A stretch of DNA of 64,000 nt from Octopus bimaculoides (GCF_001194135.2 NC_068983.1:148699719-148763718), one strand, 5' to 3'; positions 39,718 to 54,300 are shown, counted from the first letter of the stretch. Translations and numbers: made by a program. The notes: generated from the sequence alone by a model not told the origin.

Positions 39718-40582
39718 CAGGATAGAGAATGAAACGAGAAGATGAGCGAAATCAAAACGAACAAGTTGATGACAAGATTGAGGAAACTAGTCGAAATAAA
39801 AATTCATAGCTTCAGTTCACTCACAAACACAGACTTTCATTGACTTTTGTAAGAAATACATCAAACAAGAGAGTGACACTATATTTATTATACAACGACT
39901 AGCAATGAATCTGATTTATAAAGACAATTGTAAATGTATTGAATCGTGTTCAGACGACACTCAGATAAGATCAGAGGCGGAGAACTACACTGATTTGATA
40001 CGGATCTGAAAGTCATACTTTCGGTGTGTTTTAACAACCCGTTTTCCCTTTTAACATTATTTCCTCATTTCTTATACACACATCACACACACATCACACA
40101 CACAGACACACACACACACAAATACATATGTTTATATAATGTGCATGTATGCACGCATATATAGTATCGCATAGTATAAATGAATCGGACAGACACTCGA
40201 AAACAGAGACGTTGTCATGTATATTAGCGAAATAGAAATACTGACATTAATATTTCACACAAACACATGTGTTTCTAATTGCAGCACAACATTAAAACAG
40301 ACAGGTATTGTTCTAACTATAATGACTTCTAAGTAGACGTAGTAGTTTAAGAAGTTACAGTAGAAGAACACAGAATTGTGGAATTCTTATAAATGTCTCT
40401 TTTGCAAGTAAAAGAAATAAAACGGGTGTATGTGTGATGCTTTTTGTTGTGTATGAGTGCGTGGATGCGAGAAGGCATAGCGTATGGTTTGTATGGTACG
40501 AGTATGAATGTGATGCTTTGAATGCTGGCTTATGAACTGTGACTCTGTGTATTGTTTTTTGTTGCGTATGTATGCATAGTAG

Positions 40583-40960
40583 AAGTGGAGGCGCAATGGC
40601 CCAGTGGTTAGGGCAGCGGACTCGCGGTCATAGGATCGCGGTTTCGATTCCCAGACCGGGCATTGTGAGTGTTTATTGAGCGAAAACACATGAGGCTCCG
40701 GCAGGGGATGGTGGCGAACCCTGCTGTACTCTTCCACCACAACTTTCTCTCACTCTTTCTTCCTGTTTCTGTTGTACCTGCATTTCAAAGGGCCAGCCTT
40801 GTCACACTGTGTCACGCTGAATATCCCCAAGAACTACGTTAAGGGTGCACGTGTCTGTGGAGTGTTCAGCCACTTACACGTTAATTTCACGAGCAGACTG
40901 TTCCGATGATTGGATCAACTGGAACCCTCGACGCCGTAAGCGACGGAGTGCCAACAACAA
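40583..40960 (+). mobile_element. Full-length tRNA(Arg)-like SINE, family C
   Basis: A box TGGCCCAGTGGTTAGGGC, B box GGTTTCGATTCCC, (CAA)n tail. TSD TATGCAT(A/C)GTAG at 40571-82 and 40961-72. Confidence 0.92.
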
Positions 40961-42310
40961 TATGCATCGTAGCGAAAGATTGTAAGGTCTGATGGATGCC
41001 TAAGAGTGTAGAAGTTTGTAGCTTCGGTAAATTGCAGGCGGCAGTTCAAAACGAGCTGCTGTTCCCTAAGGAAGCGGTAGATCAGTGTTCAGAGACAAGT
41101 CAGAAACCGATGAGTTTTGGACAGAGTAATAATAGATAGGGTGAAAAACTGAATGACAGGCGACTGGTTGATTTGAATGTTTCGCAGCTACTATGCAAAC
41201 TTGCCCGAAAATCAGCTGTGCGTTTTGTAATCACGTGGTTTAAAACTGGATCGGAACCGCTCCTCTAACGATTATTTTCCATTATAACTCTCCGGGCTTA
41301 AAGCATTGCGAGTGAAATTATCCAGAGCATGTTCTTGTCCTATTTTTGTATTTTTTATATATAAAAATNNNNNNNNNNNNNNNNNNNNNNNNNNNNNNNN
41401 NNNNNNNNNNNNNNNNNNNNNNNNNNNNNNNNNNNNNNNNNNNNNNNNNNNNNNNNNNNNNNNNNNNNNNNNNNNNNNNNNNNNNNNNNNNNNNNNNNNN
41501 NNNNNNNNNNNNNNNNNNNNNNNNNNNNNNNNNNNNNNNNNNNNNNNNNNNNNNNNNNNNNNNNNNNNNNNNNNNNNNNNNNNNNNNNNNNNNNNNNNNN
41601 NNNNNNNNNNNNNNNNNNNNNNNNNNNNNNNNNNNNNNNNNNNNNNNNNNNNNNNNNNNNNNNNNNNNNNNNNNNNNNNNNNNNNNNNNNNNNNNNNNNN
41701 NNNNNNNNNNNNNNNNNNNNNNNNNNNNNNNNNNNNNNNNNNNNNNNNNNNNNNNNNNNNNNNNNNNNNNNNNNNNNNNNNNNNNNNNNNNNNNNNNNNN
41801 NNNNNNNNNNNNNNNNNNNNNNNNNNNNNNNNNNNNNNNNNNNNNNNNNNNNNNNNNNNNNNNNNNNNNNNNNNNNNNNNNNNNNNNNNNNNNNNNNNNN
41901 NNNNNNNNNNNNNNNNNNNNNNNNNNNNNNNNNNNNNNNNNNNNNNNNNNNNNNNNNNNNNNNNNNNNNNNNNNNNNNNNNNNNNNNNNNNNNNNNNNNN
42001 NNNNNNNNNNNNNNNNNNNNNNNNNNNNNNNNNNNNNNNNNNNNNNNNNNNNNNNNNNNNNNNNNNNNNNNNNNNNNNNNNNNNNNNNNNNNNNNNNNNN
42101 NNNNNNNNNNNNNNNNNNNNNNNNNNNNNNNNNNNNNNNNNNNNNNNNNNNNNNNNNNNNNNNNNNNNNNNNNNNNNNNNNNNNNNNNNNNNNNNNNNNN
42201 NNNNNNNNNNNNNNNNNNNNNNNNNNNNNNNNNNNNNNNNNNNNNNNNNNNNNNNNNNNNNNNNNNNNNNNNNNNNNNNNNNNNNNNNNNNNNNNNNNNN
42301 NNNNNNNNNN

Positions 42311-42366
<56 letters not shown>

Positions 42367-42385
42367 TGTGTTTGTGTGTGTGTAA

Positions 42386-42671
42386 GCGCATGGCCTAGTG
42401 GTTGGTGTGTCGCACACGTTATCTAGTGATCGTGACTTCAATTCCTAGACCGAGTAGTGAGTTGTGTTCTTGAGCAAAACACTTCATCTCGCGTTGCTAT
42501 GCGATCACTTCAACACCTGACGCGTGGCACACACTGCACCTATTCAGGCTACGTTGAGAGAGTGAGATAATATGCGGCATGAACATTTTGATCATAATAA
42601 ACAAGTTATTTGAGCAGGTTGTTCGACAAAAAGCTGAACGTCATATGTCGTCTTCGACGGGGGGAGTCCAT

Positions 42672-42672
<1 letters not shown>
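42386..42672 (+). mobile_element. tRNA-derived SINE, family D, with a CORE-like segment
   Basis: GCGCATGGCCTAGTGGTT (A box), ACTTCAATTCC (degenerate B box), then TGTTCTTGAGCAAAACACTTCATCTC, which resembles the start of the CORE domain. Confidence 0.75.
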
Positions 42673-42712
<40 letters not shown>

Positions 42713-42727
42713 TTAAATATAAATATA

Positions 42728-42772
<45 letters not shown>

Positions 42773-43579
42773 TGTTGTTATTTTTACCCACTTTAAGGAA
42801 CATAGCTGAATATTTACTAAGCATATGATTCCATACATAAAACCAAATATATTACGAAGGTTCCAATAATTTAATCTTGACAATATATACATATATGTAT
42901 ATATTTGTGTATGTGATGTGCGTGTGTACATACATGCATACCCACATACGTACATTCATATGTATATATAAGTGTGTGTGCATTTTCGTACTAAATGGTG
43001 TTTATTACAGAATTAAATGTGTGACCAATATTCGACATTTAACAATTAAATTACAGATCGGTATTACACTTGAGCATACATACAAATAACTCTATGTGAG
43101 CGAATATATTTATACAGATGCCTTTATATAAATGAGTCACGGGCGACGTCATTGGAAAGGCCATAGATATCTAGTGAATGACTGACAATTCAATTTGTTT
43201 AATTAATTACTTAATTAATTAAATTATATATCTATGTGTGGGTAAGTGAAGCTGTGTGTGTGACCTTTCTCAAGACTTTTAATACATATCTTGGGAGATA
43301 TCATAGCATAAGAGAAGCGAAAGTATTTCAAATGGAATCGAAAAGTGGTCTGTGATGACAGTTCACCTTTCAACTATTATGATGCATGCTCTACATTGCT
43401 TTTTATCTGGGCAATCCCGTTTAGAGAGAATGGAATATTGAAAGAAAGATTGCGTGTACGTGTAAAAATGTATGTGAGAATGTGTGTGTCTGTATACTGT
43501 ACTGGCAGTAGTATGCGGTGTTACAGATAGATAGTAATGTGAAGGCAGAGTATACAGAATCTACACGACGTCAGAGTCC

Positions 43580-43828
43580 CACAATTGAGCGTGTATTTGG
43601 GTTTTACTGTACCGTGGTTATTTGCACAGATCGACGGTGGACTAAATCAACATCAATACATGACATGGAAGGGAGGACGACAAAGTTTAACTTGAAAAAA
43701 TTTGAACTAAAAACGTAAAAAACTTGCGCAAAAAATGCAAGATACTTTGTCTGATGTTCTAACGATTCTGGCAAATCAGCACCTACGCATCCTTCAGAGC
43801 TACTGCCATATAATTTTAACTTTATATA

Positions 43829-43895
<67 letters not shown>

Positions 43896-44950
43896 GTATG
43901 TATGTATATATGTATATATATGCGTATGTGTGTGTGCGCGCGCGTATGCATATGTATATGAGTATAAAGATATAAATATAAGTATATATCTATTTAATTT
44001 GATACTAAATTGGATTCTTATTTTAAAACATTTAAATTTTAAAGAAGCAAGTTGCTCAAGTTTTGAAAATAAAAACCTACAGTAGGAAGCAATCATACAA
44101 AATATGTTACTTATGAACTGCTGCAGTGATTTGGCAGAAATTTTAGAGCATCGGATAGTACCGAGGTCAGTGTTGCTTTTTGTCCTTCTGAGTTCGATAA
44201 ACAAGTACCTACGCAGACGGGAGATTAGCGGAAATGTAAGAACGTTGTATCCCAAGCCTTGTGATGTTTGTTGCTGTTCTAGACGGATAACAGTCTTAAT
44301 CCATTACCCGGTATAACACCATCACCAGGCATCTCGGATGCTTTTAGTGGAGTCCACTTTGTTGTAAGCATTCGGGTCATGTCTTCTAATTGAACATGCT
44401 TTCCTTCTTGTCACCCACCAGTATCAGAGACTCTGTGAATGATTATAGACACTACTTTCCCTACTGACAACAAAAGAAATACACTGAATAAGCTACGGGA
44501 TTGTCTCATCTGAAACGTTTTCGATCGTGGCTGTGCTAGACTAGGTTTGACCAGCGTCTACGCAATAACTTGCTAATTTTGGCACAAGGCTACCAAGGTT
44601 TTTATTTTTGTTTTATATCATTATTTTTTAAGGAAGAAGTTGATTACATCGACACCAGTACACAACTAGTATTTATTTTTTTCGATCCCGAGAGGATGGG
44701 AGACAAAAATCGTCTGAGAACGTAGAGAGCCAAAAGAAATAGCTAAGCATTTTCTTCCAAACGATAACGATTCTGCCAGCTTGACAACTTCGCGAGTAAG
44801 CAATAAAAGAACCATCAACATCATCGACAAGTATTTATTCAATTAACTATATCAGTCTCGTCATATCGTTATTTGAACCAAGAACTAAAAGCTGCAAGCT
44901 CGAGACGAAATACTGCAAGACATTTTAATCATGAATTCTGCTGTATATGC
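43580..44950. mobile_element. Cluster of degenerate SINE family B copies (minus ~43580-43780, plus ~44120-44260, minus ~44570-44785, minus ~44850-44950)
   Basis: Recurring GATTACATCGAC, TTTGAACT..AACGTA and TAACGATTCTG motifs. Confidence 0.7.
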
Positions 44951-45438
44951 CAGCTCTATACCCTTACTTATTCTTACATATGATATTCCAGAAATATGTT
45001 TCAATGAACGCTTTATTTAATTTACTTTCTTTTCTCTCTCTGTATATCCTATTTATTTTCCTACTACGTCTTTCCTGTGTTTGTTTGGTTGTATTTATTT
45101 TTCATTGCATTTTTTTATTTTTTTATTCTATCTAATCATGATAAACTAACTGCAGGAATGCAGAGGAAAAATTGATTTGACATTTTTACTAAAGAACACT
45201 TTGGTAACTAAATTTAGGCTGCTGAAGAGAAATAATTTATATCGTTGGTTTATTTATTTATTTATTTATTCAGATGTTATTTCTTTTTATATATTTATTA
45301 TATTATATTTATCTCAATTTTTTTTTTTTTTACCTAAAAATCGATTTGCAGTGAAGAGGATTTAATGAAATTCTGAAAGATATTTTCGATTAAAACTTAT
45401 ATAAAATAACCAAATTTAAATATGAAAATAGAGAAAAA

Positions 45439-45457
45439 TGGTGATGGTGATTATAAC

Positions 45458-45501
<44 letters not shown>

Positions 45502-45502
45502 C

Positions 45503-45533
<31 letters not shown>

Positions 45534-45556
45534 GATGATGATGATGACGATGATGC
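45439..45556. repeat. (GAT)n microsatellite
   Basis: Direct reading. Confidence 0.98.
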
Positions 45557-46139
45557 TGGAGATGTCGGGATAAAATGGTAATAATTGCAGATTAGAATAT
45601 AGCGGCGGATTAAATATCTCACAGTCGACTTCGTTTGGTTGATTTTTGTCAGATATGCATTTTTCCATCTGAAAGACAGAAGCTACTGCTAACCATGATG
45701 GCAACGATGACGATGATGACGATAATGTTTATATGGATATTTTATTTAAATCCAATAATTTATACAAGTTCACTTTAACCTTTTCATAATAAGAGTCATT
45801 TTCCAAATAATTAGTTTCGAATTTATTAGTTGTTAAACTCTAACTGTACTGGATTCATCAACGATAGCGAAGAGCAAGCAAATATATTATAGGAAGTGAA
45901 ACAAAACCCAAAATGATAACTAGATATTGTTGAGGTATTTAACAACACAACTACTACACTGAAGCTTCTGTTTCTATGTAAAATGTAAAATACAGATGCA
46001 AAGCTAAAGAAACATCCGTCACTTGAACAGTACTTCTGCTGCTTATTCTAACAAAATGATGTCTAATTATCGAAGTAAAGTGAATAGGACCATTAATATC
46101 TAATAGGTTGGAAATCACACAAGACAACATAAGCTCTTG

Positions 46140-46226
<87 letters not shown>

Positions 46227-48763
46227 TGTGTGTGTATTTCAATAATTTCTTGATTTTGTTCACACCACAAGTTGGCGAATCGACCCTAGTATATGATTGT
46301 TATTTAATTCCTTACTCCTATAAAAATAGAAAGCAGCTCGAATCCTTGTGAGACTTTCAATCAGAACGTTGAAGAGCAAAACGAAATCCTCAAAGAGCAG
46401 TATTTAATCCAACTAACTTATGCTTTTACCAAACCAATTCCTTCTCTGATCCAACTGGTCCAGCTAAAGAAAATAATGTGAATGACAAGTATTGAGGTGG
46501 TTGAAATATGCTAAACACATGGTAAAACTGAGAGTAGATATAATATTTAAAAAAAAGTTTGTTCAACACTTTAAATCGAAAATAAGTAATCAAAACTGAA
46601 TGAGGAGAGGAAAAGAGAGAAGAAGGATAGAGTCAGATGCAATGAGAATTTGTATTGAAAGCTGTTGAGACATTGTTATAACATTTATCTTCACGTCAAG
46701 CCTGTTGGGAGAGAACAAGACATTTGTAATACTTTTTTCTTCTTTCTGGGTAGAATTTAATCAAAACAAGAATTATATAAGGAGCTTATGTATGTGTTTC
46801 GGGGATTATGCTTCACACAGCTCTCGGGAGAGAACAAGTCGAATACTGATTATCGGTTGATTCTGTTGAAGGGGAATGTTAATTTAACTAAAATGATAAG
46901 CCGATAGGAATTGGAACTTTTCGAGACTGCATTGCATATCCTCTCATTTTCTTGCTGTATCTTGCTTCTTTTTACTTTTTTTTTAAATATGTTAGAAGTG
47001 TTGTTCTTGTCTTTGTGTTTTCTGTAGTTGTTTAACCCTTCTGGACAGCACCGATCCAGAAAACTTAAGATAAAAAGTATTTTCAAGCATAATCCTAGAT
47101 AAACCTATATTATCTGTCTGTTTCATTTCTTTAAGACTATGTAATTTGAGAGACTCTGTCCTGCTATTTCATGTAAGTCGAGCAGCTAATAACAAGCATG
47201 AAAATTCATTATGAGAGAAGTGATTTAGAGTTGAAAACACTTATCAAAATTACAATAATGTAAAAAGAAAATGTCAAATTCGACAAAAGTTTAATTCAAA
47301 AGGTGCAGAGACGAAAGAGAATAATTTTTGAGAAAATACATAGTCGTGTATTTGAGAGAAGTATCAATTGTATAATTGTGACATCCATGAACTGCATGTG
47401 GTGTAAGATGCAAAATGGAATAACTCCAACCGGGAATTGAAAAAGAGTTGCGTCTGGTAAAGCGTAGCTCACTGCAAACTAATGAAACACTTGATCATCT
47501 TACAGTACTACAACTACCTACACTGATGCAAATTACCAGCCTACTGCACTAATTTGTTTCCTGTAAAGAGACTTTGTCACAGACCCAACACACCTCCGGA
47601 GACAAGTTTTGAAAAGTTGAACTATTGGAGCACAGTTAATTAAAATATATACAGCTCTTTATAGATGTGGTGGAAGAATTTATGTTTCAAGACATCTGTC
47701 TTTAAACTGCTGCCGTTTCTTCACCTCAAGACGAAGTCTATTTTGTATAGTAATTTAGTAAGACGTAGAGGGGAAAAGATGAACTGCGATGGAAAATAAC
47801 GCTACAATCCGACGCTTATTCTAAACCGAACCTTGTCGTTCCACTGTTATTATAACTGATTCGCAGCCTGCTTCTTTGAAACTTTCTGGCTTTATGCCCG
47901 CTTATCCTAAATCTCTTGATACTCACGATTTCCCCAATTTTCATAAATTTTATAACTTCTGTTAATGCAAGTGTGTGTTAACGTGTTTTTAAGTGTGTGC
48001 ATTCATCTGTGTAAACTCGAGGGTGTGTACTTGCATTCTGCCTAGAAAGGATAAACCTTGCACGAACGTGTGAATTCTAGACATATAGCCAATCATAGAC
48101 ATTGAAAGATGCGAACACACACATGCTTGCGTGTTCAGATTTGCTTTAAATGGTCAATGTTTGTTTGTTTCTATTTCTATTCATTTAATACTTGTTTTTA
48201 TTACTGTTTAGGTAGCGACGAATAAATCTCAGGACATCAGCAAAGTTTAGAATAATAATGCAAATATCTTGAAGTGTTTAAACACGGATGATTTCTAAGC
48301 TAACAGAATTCAGTTAATTTTACTTCTTATGCTGATGCTTCATTTATATTTATATTGATATTTGTGTTGTCATTGATGTTGTTAATCTTCTTTTTCAATA
48401 TTCGAATTTCAAAGAAGTTTAATCAGTGGGGAGTTTAAACAGAAGAATTAACGAAACAGTATTAATTAGACCTGAAAATATCATCAAATATAGAGGAGGA
48501 ATTTTTAATCGAAAAAACCAACCCATTCTGACGATTCGTTAATAAACACTTCGGTAGTTTCACGAACAAAAAATTCAATAGGAATTGAAATGCAATAAAT
48601 ATAAAAATATAAACTATCATATTCAAACCAAGCTGTCGTGTAAAAGCGTCATTCTGTTAACAATCATCATATATGTTAATCTAACTTGAAAGAGATTCAA
48701 CACTATAAAAATTAAATGTATTATAATAATCATGTAATCACGTGTCTAACCAAAGTTTCGTAC

Positions 48764-49783
48764 CTCATCTCCTCTTCCGGGAAAATTATTTTATTCTTCC
48801 AAACTAAATTTAAACGCACTTTAGCTCGCAGTAGTCATTTCCCCTCCACGCCATTTTGAAATTGTTTTTCGATAATTACAAGAAAATTTCATTTCAGAAA
48901 ATTCGAACGCAAATGCAAAAAATAGACACAATCAGTGTCTAAAAAAGAATAAATAAATAAATATATAAAGGACCATATAAAAGATCACAAGATAGTCATT
49001 ATTTCTAATTTGTTGTTATGATCGTCAAAATGGAAGAAATAAAGGCAAAAGCAAGTTCCCTTTTTAAGTAATCTCCTAAACATTGGAAAACTGAAGCAAG
49101 TACCTAATGCAAAACAAATATTATTTCTGTCTATAATCTCTGTACACATCCTTGGCCATCGAACTATACGTGACTTCTCAGAAGAAGGGGAAAATGGAAG
49201 TAACAAATGCCTCAATACAAGAGAATCAATAACGAAAAAAAAATGTAAGGACCTTAAGATTTTGCCACCGAAAATAAACATGTAATTACACAAACGAACT
49301 CAGATATTATCGACTAAAGCACGAAATGTAATGGCTGCCTTTTTTCTTCAAGCACAATAAATCGTGGTCCGAACAGATCGGCTTAAATCCGTTATTTGTT
49401 ATTTGATCGTTTATAAATCCATAACTCAAGGATAAATAACGAGTTGTAACTACAAATGAAGGATTTACTTTACTATATTTTGTTTATAATTTTCTTCTTT
49501 TTTTTTTTTGTAATCTGAATCGATGTCGAAAGGATAAATACTTCAAACTACTGTATGATTATTTTACTAGAATGTCAATAATACTTAGACTAAAGCGTAA
49601 AAGAAAAAGAAATATCGAAGATTAACTCTAATAGGTAGATTTATGAGTAATAAATGCAAATGGTGAACAAATCTATTCAAACAAATCGAATAGCAAACAC
49701 GAATACATCAGCGAAAAGTAAAGAGAGAAAGAAACGCCTTGTAGAGCTAAGAAACGCGAAGCAAAATTACAGTTACTTCCGGT
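48764..49783. promoter_or_regulatory. Candidate (bidirectional) promoter region
   Basis: TTCCGGGAA (STAT-type) 48775-83, CGCCATTTT (YY1-type) 48849-57, ACTTCCGGT (ETS-type) 49775-83. Minus-strand ATGAG|GTACGA at 48768-48758. No obvious SINE in the interval. Confidence 0.3.
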
Positions 49784-50784
49784 TAATATTTTCGTTTTAT
49801 TTGATTTTATAGTTTTTGTTTTCTTTTGTTGTTATATTTATCTATTTTATCTCAGATATGTTGATGCTTTTTTCGTTTAGATAAACAGCGAAGAAGCTAT
49901 AAAGTATTTAGGCGGCTATATAGAAATGTTAATGAGTTTATTAACTTAAATCCGTTTATTCAATTTCGTACAGTGTTTCGTGAACAAGCATACAATTTAA
50001 AGATTTATCCAAATCTAAAGCCGCTCGGAACATTAGCTATTCAATATGTGACTAACGGTAACCACCCGTCAGTACACTTTGTCACATCACACCGTCTCCA
50101 ATGTACTTCACACAAAGAATTTTTTAACGAAATAAACAAATATCAAAAAGTAAATTCTCAATTTAAATTATTTGATGAAAATAGAATTATACATTAAATT
50201 TCCTCTAAATTTTATTTCCGTAATTCAATTTTCAATTAATTGAATTTTATTTAAACAATATTAGAAATGTTATTCAATATATTTAAGCAATATTTTAAAA
50301 TGTTATTCAATATATTTAAAGTGAGTTTGCAAATTGTGTTAACGATATTTATTCAATGCAGTTTTTTGATTTGGCTTCTTTTTTTTTTCTAAGTACAGTT
50401 TTAAATGTTTTATTAAAGAAATCGTATAAAATTGTAAGTGGTAAGTCTGTGGCTAGACAAATAATGACCCAGTTTTGATTCCAACTAAAATCCTGTTTAT
50501 TTCACTTACACTTCTAATTTAATGGTCACATTTTTCAATTCTTTCAACAAATATACCTTATTTAACAGTACCTTGTTATTTAGCCGCTATATATTGCTGA
50601 ACGAGGAAACAGACTCACAGCGTTCCAGTCCCGATCAACTTGCTATTGTATATCAATGTTATCCTGCTGCTTTTCATATAATATCTCATGATATGGGAGG
50701 AATTTAGCAAGAATTTTCATAAGTAAAGCTATGCCTTGATGGCTTGTATCAAAATAGAAACACTGACATTCACACATACATATG

Positions 50785-50965
50785 ACGACTGGTCTCCGCC
50801 GTTCGACGATTAGGAAACAGTTGTTCGATCAACTAAAGTACCTCCTCCTGAATGAGTATATGCGGTTAAGTATTCCAAAGACATGTACATCCTTAGCGTA
50901 ATTTTCAGGCAGAATCATCGTCAAGCAGTACTACCAAAGCTGTACCTTTTGAATTACTAGTACAA
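50785..50965 (-). mobile_element. Degenerate SINE family C, 3' half
   Basis: Aligns by eye to the reverse complement of 40780-40950 (CCTTAGCGTAATT vs CCTTAACGTAGTT; TCCAAAGACATGTAC vs TCCACAGACACGTGC). Confidence 0.65.
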
Positions 50966-52367
50966 TCCACCCAGGCCTCTACACAGTTTCTCTCATAAGG
51001 ATGCGTCGACCCGAAGCTAAAAGAAATGAAGTTTGCCTCAGCTGTCATGCATTGGGATTGAACTTCTTAACTATTCCGCCATGCTGTGCGTACTACACGT
51101 AGTTATACGCGCGCGCACACACGTACTACACACATACAAATACGCACAACTTTATACACTACACACATTGATAATATTTTATATAACACAAGAACACAAC
51201 TTTGTAAGAACGTACTTTTATTGCTTCATTCGACGACTTACATACGCAAATAATACATGAAAATTATTCTAAGCCACAAGATTTTTGAAACATTCATATT
51301 GTTTACATGTTGTCAACAACCAATTTATAGCAAACTGACAGTAATGCAAATTCTCATTTGACAATCATTTTCTATGAATATTAGGTGAATTTTCATTGGA
51401 ATAAACTACATATTTTAGATAAAATTGTCATCAGGTATACGTCTATGATACGAGTAACTGTGTCGGAATAGACAATAGCGTTTAATCATCATATACGAAG
51501 CGCTTGACTTTTTAGTAAAGCTAATCACATCATCATTGTGTTTTAAAGAAAGTGGTGAGAAAGAAATATCTTTGAATGTTTTGAATTAGAAAAAAAAAGC
51601 ATTACCTTAATTTTTCAACCAAGCAATCAACTATTTTGCACACAGATAAAAAAAAAATTAGATCCATAAAATTAATCATATTGTATGAGAGTACTTTTTC
51701 AACGAGGTATTACAGCCTTAGAATATTTGCAAAGATCTAATTTCATGACCTCTTCATATTTAAAAGTTGTACATATGGTAATCTTCTTATATTGTATTCA
51801 GCGATGAACAAAAAGATGGCGATACGTATTGAGTTGAGAAAAATCTTTGACATATATTGCATCTGGATATCACTTGAAGTTCATTATAAATTCACAGAAG
51901 CCATATGTGTGTGTGTATGTGTGCGTGTGGGTGTGTGAGTGTGTGTGCTCATGTGTATGTGTGCGTACGTATGCATGTATATACAAATATATGTAATGTA
52001 TGTATATATGTGTGTGTGTGTGTGTGTAGATACATACAAATGCACACACATACACACACACACACACACATATATACATACATATATATATATATATAAT
52101 ATGTATGTATGTATGTATGTTATATTATGTGGTATGTATATTCTATTTTATTAAAGCCGAAAAATTTCACAAACTATCACTCAAAATTTCTATGTATATT
52201 AGTAATTTTGGCTTTAATAATATAGTATTTTACTCTGCCTTTAGTATTTGAGTACTATTTTCTTCCACTTTGTTTGGCACATGTGCTTATTTGTGTGTGT
52301 AAATAAATAAGTGGGTAGCTAGGTACGTAGGTAAGTAGGTAGGTAGGTAGGCAGGCAGGCAGCCAGG

Positions 52368-52368
52368 C

Positions 52369-52451
<83 letters not shown>
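52368..52451. repeat. (GATA)n microsatellite preceded by (GGTA)/(GGCA) units
   Basis: Direct reading. Confidence 0.98.
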
Positions 52452-52452
<1 letters not shown>

Positions 52453-53032
52453 GCATCTGATACGCTGCTCAATAGGGAAGAAAATGCCAGGTTGAGCGTA
52501 ACGTTTTTAAAAGCAGTAGTAAAGAAACTGACAGAATGTGAAGTCTGCAATTCATAGCAAGCAGTCAACGAGATCTCTTGGACCCAGATGCGTTAGAATT
52601 TCCATGACGTCACTGACAGAGTCGCTTTTTCATTTTTTTTTTTTTTTTTTTTTGGCAAAAGTAACCATTTACAACACTAAGTTCAATATATTCAAATTCG
52701 TGACAAATAAGAGATGCTAATGATGAAGATTTCTGGTGACGATAAGGTGGGAGATGTTTTATGCATTGTGTGTGTGTGTGTGTGTGCATGTGTATATGTG
52801 TGTGTGCGTGTGTATGTGTGTGTGTGCGTGTATGTGTGTGTGTGTGTGTGCGTGTGTGTGTGTGTGTGTAAATAAGGAGAACAGTAAAATGAAAACTTCA
52901 CACAATTATTGAAGCTGCTTCGAGTTTCATGTTCCCTACTCCCGATAAAATGTAAAGAATGATGCAAGAAAAATATCTCTATGAATATTCAATATAAATA
53001 AAACAAAATACAGAAATATTTTTACACGTTGT

Positions 53033-53086
<54 letters not shown>

Positions 53087-53696
53087 GTGTGTGTGTATAA
53101 ACGATAACTGTACCGTGGATGGTATTTTCTCACCTTATTCCAGTGATATAAATGTGTAGTAATCTACTCGAATGAATCAACATCTCCTTTTCTTATGGAG
53201 CCCGGGAGGGAGAAGAATGGATCGTAAAATTCAATCAGAGACAAATTTGAACTCTTAATATAGGTGTATCTAAACGTTATAAAGCATTTTGTATTGTACT
53301 ATCGTTTTGTTTTAGTATTTATTTCCTAATTGTTCATTCATTTTCTTTACTTTTTGTTTGAGGGGGTTTTCTGTGAGGTTGGCGCAATGTTCGAAAAATA
53401 ACGAAACATGCATTTGCTCTAGTGGCCTTAATATCTTACATAAGAATTCAATATTTGTTACTTGACGATAAGATATCTTAGAATTTAAACGACGTAGGTT
53501 TCATATTAGCTGCCAACATTAATAAAGAAAATGTCTAATTTTCTATATATTCTGCATGACTATCCGGGAGGTTACATACTTTGACTTGAAGTGAATGATA
53601 TAGTCAATACTTTCTAACAATATATTTCTAAATTAGTTGAATGGAATGTAAAAATCTTGGATTTTAGCGATAATCTTTCACATACTTTTCTCTTAG

Positions 53697-53780
53697 CCTG
53701 AATTTATTTGGCTTTCCGTATTAACCTCTGTTCGACCCATCTGTTGAAAGACATAACATGGTCTACTAATTTTGCTTAAG
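53697..53780 (+). other. Candidate 84-nt non-coding exon
   Basis: Acceptor TACTTTTCTCTTAG| and donor AAG|GTAAGT. All three frames contain stops. Confidence 0.3.
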
Positions 53781-53961
53781 GTAAGTCTAAAGCGCAGTTT
53801 TGCCAACAATAATTGTGTTTATGTTTAGTTTACAATTGTCGTTCTGGAATTTCAAATATAGCTTTTGGAGATGTTAGTAAATTCTCTGTGGACAAAACGA
53901 TCAAGTAACATTTCAAAATATCGCAGTTTACGATAGGCATGAAAGTAACTTTTTATTGCTA

Positions 53962-54300
53962 TCATCAAGAGCGGCGAATAGTAGAATCAGTAGAATGATG
54001 GATTAAATGCCTTGTGGTATTTAATTACCATCATTTACGTTCTTTGTCTTTCATCTGTCGTGTCGATAAAATATGATCAGTCCTGTATTGGGGATAGTTA
54101 AATCGACAGCACAAAAGTTATGACCTTACCAAAAGTAGAAACCATTGCAAGTGAAGAGTGAGAGAGATTGGCAGAAACTATAGAATGACGGTTAAATGGC
54201 CTTGTGTTATTTAGTTAGTTACGTAACTAAGTTCAAATCTGGTTAAGTTGTTGTTGCGTTCCATCCACCGGGAATCGATAAAATAAATATCATTCAAGTT
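53962..54300 (+). mobile_element. Two tandem degenerate SINE family B copies
   Basis: GCGGCGAATAGTAGAATC...CTTTCATC..GTCGATAAAAT, then TTGGCAGAAAC...AGTTCAAATC...CCATCC...ATCGATAAAATAA. Confidence 0.65.

Noticed and set aside
40585-40660. tRNA-Arg gene
   Set aside because: There is no proper acceptor stem, and it continues into a ~300-bp body with tail and TSD, so it is a SINE head.
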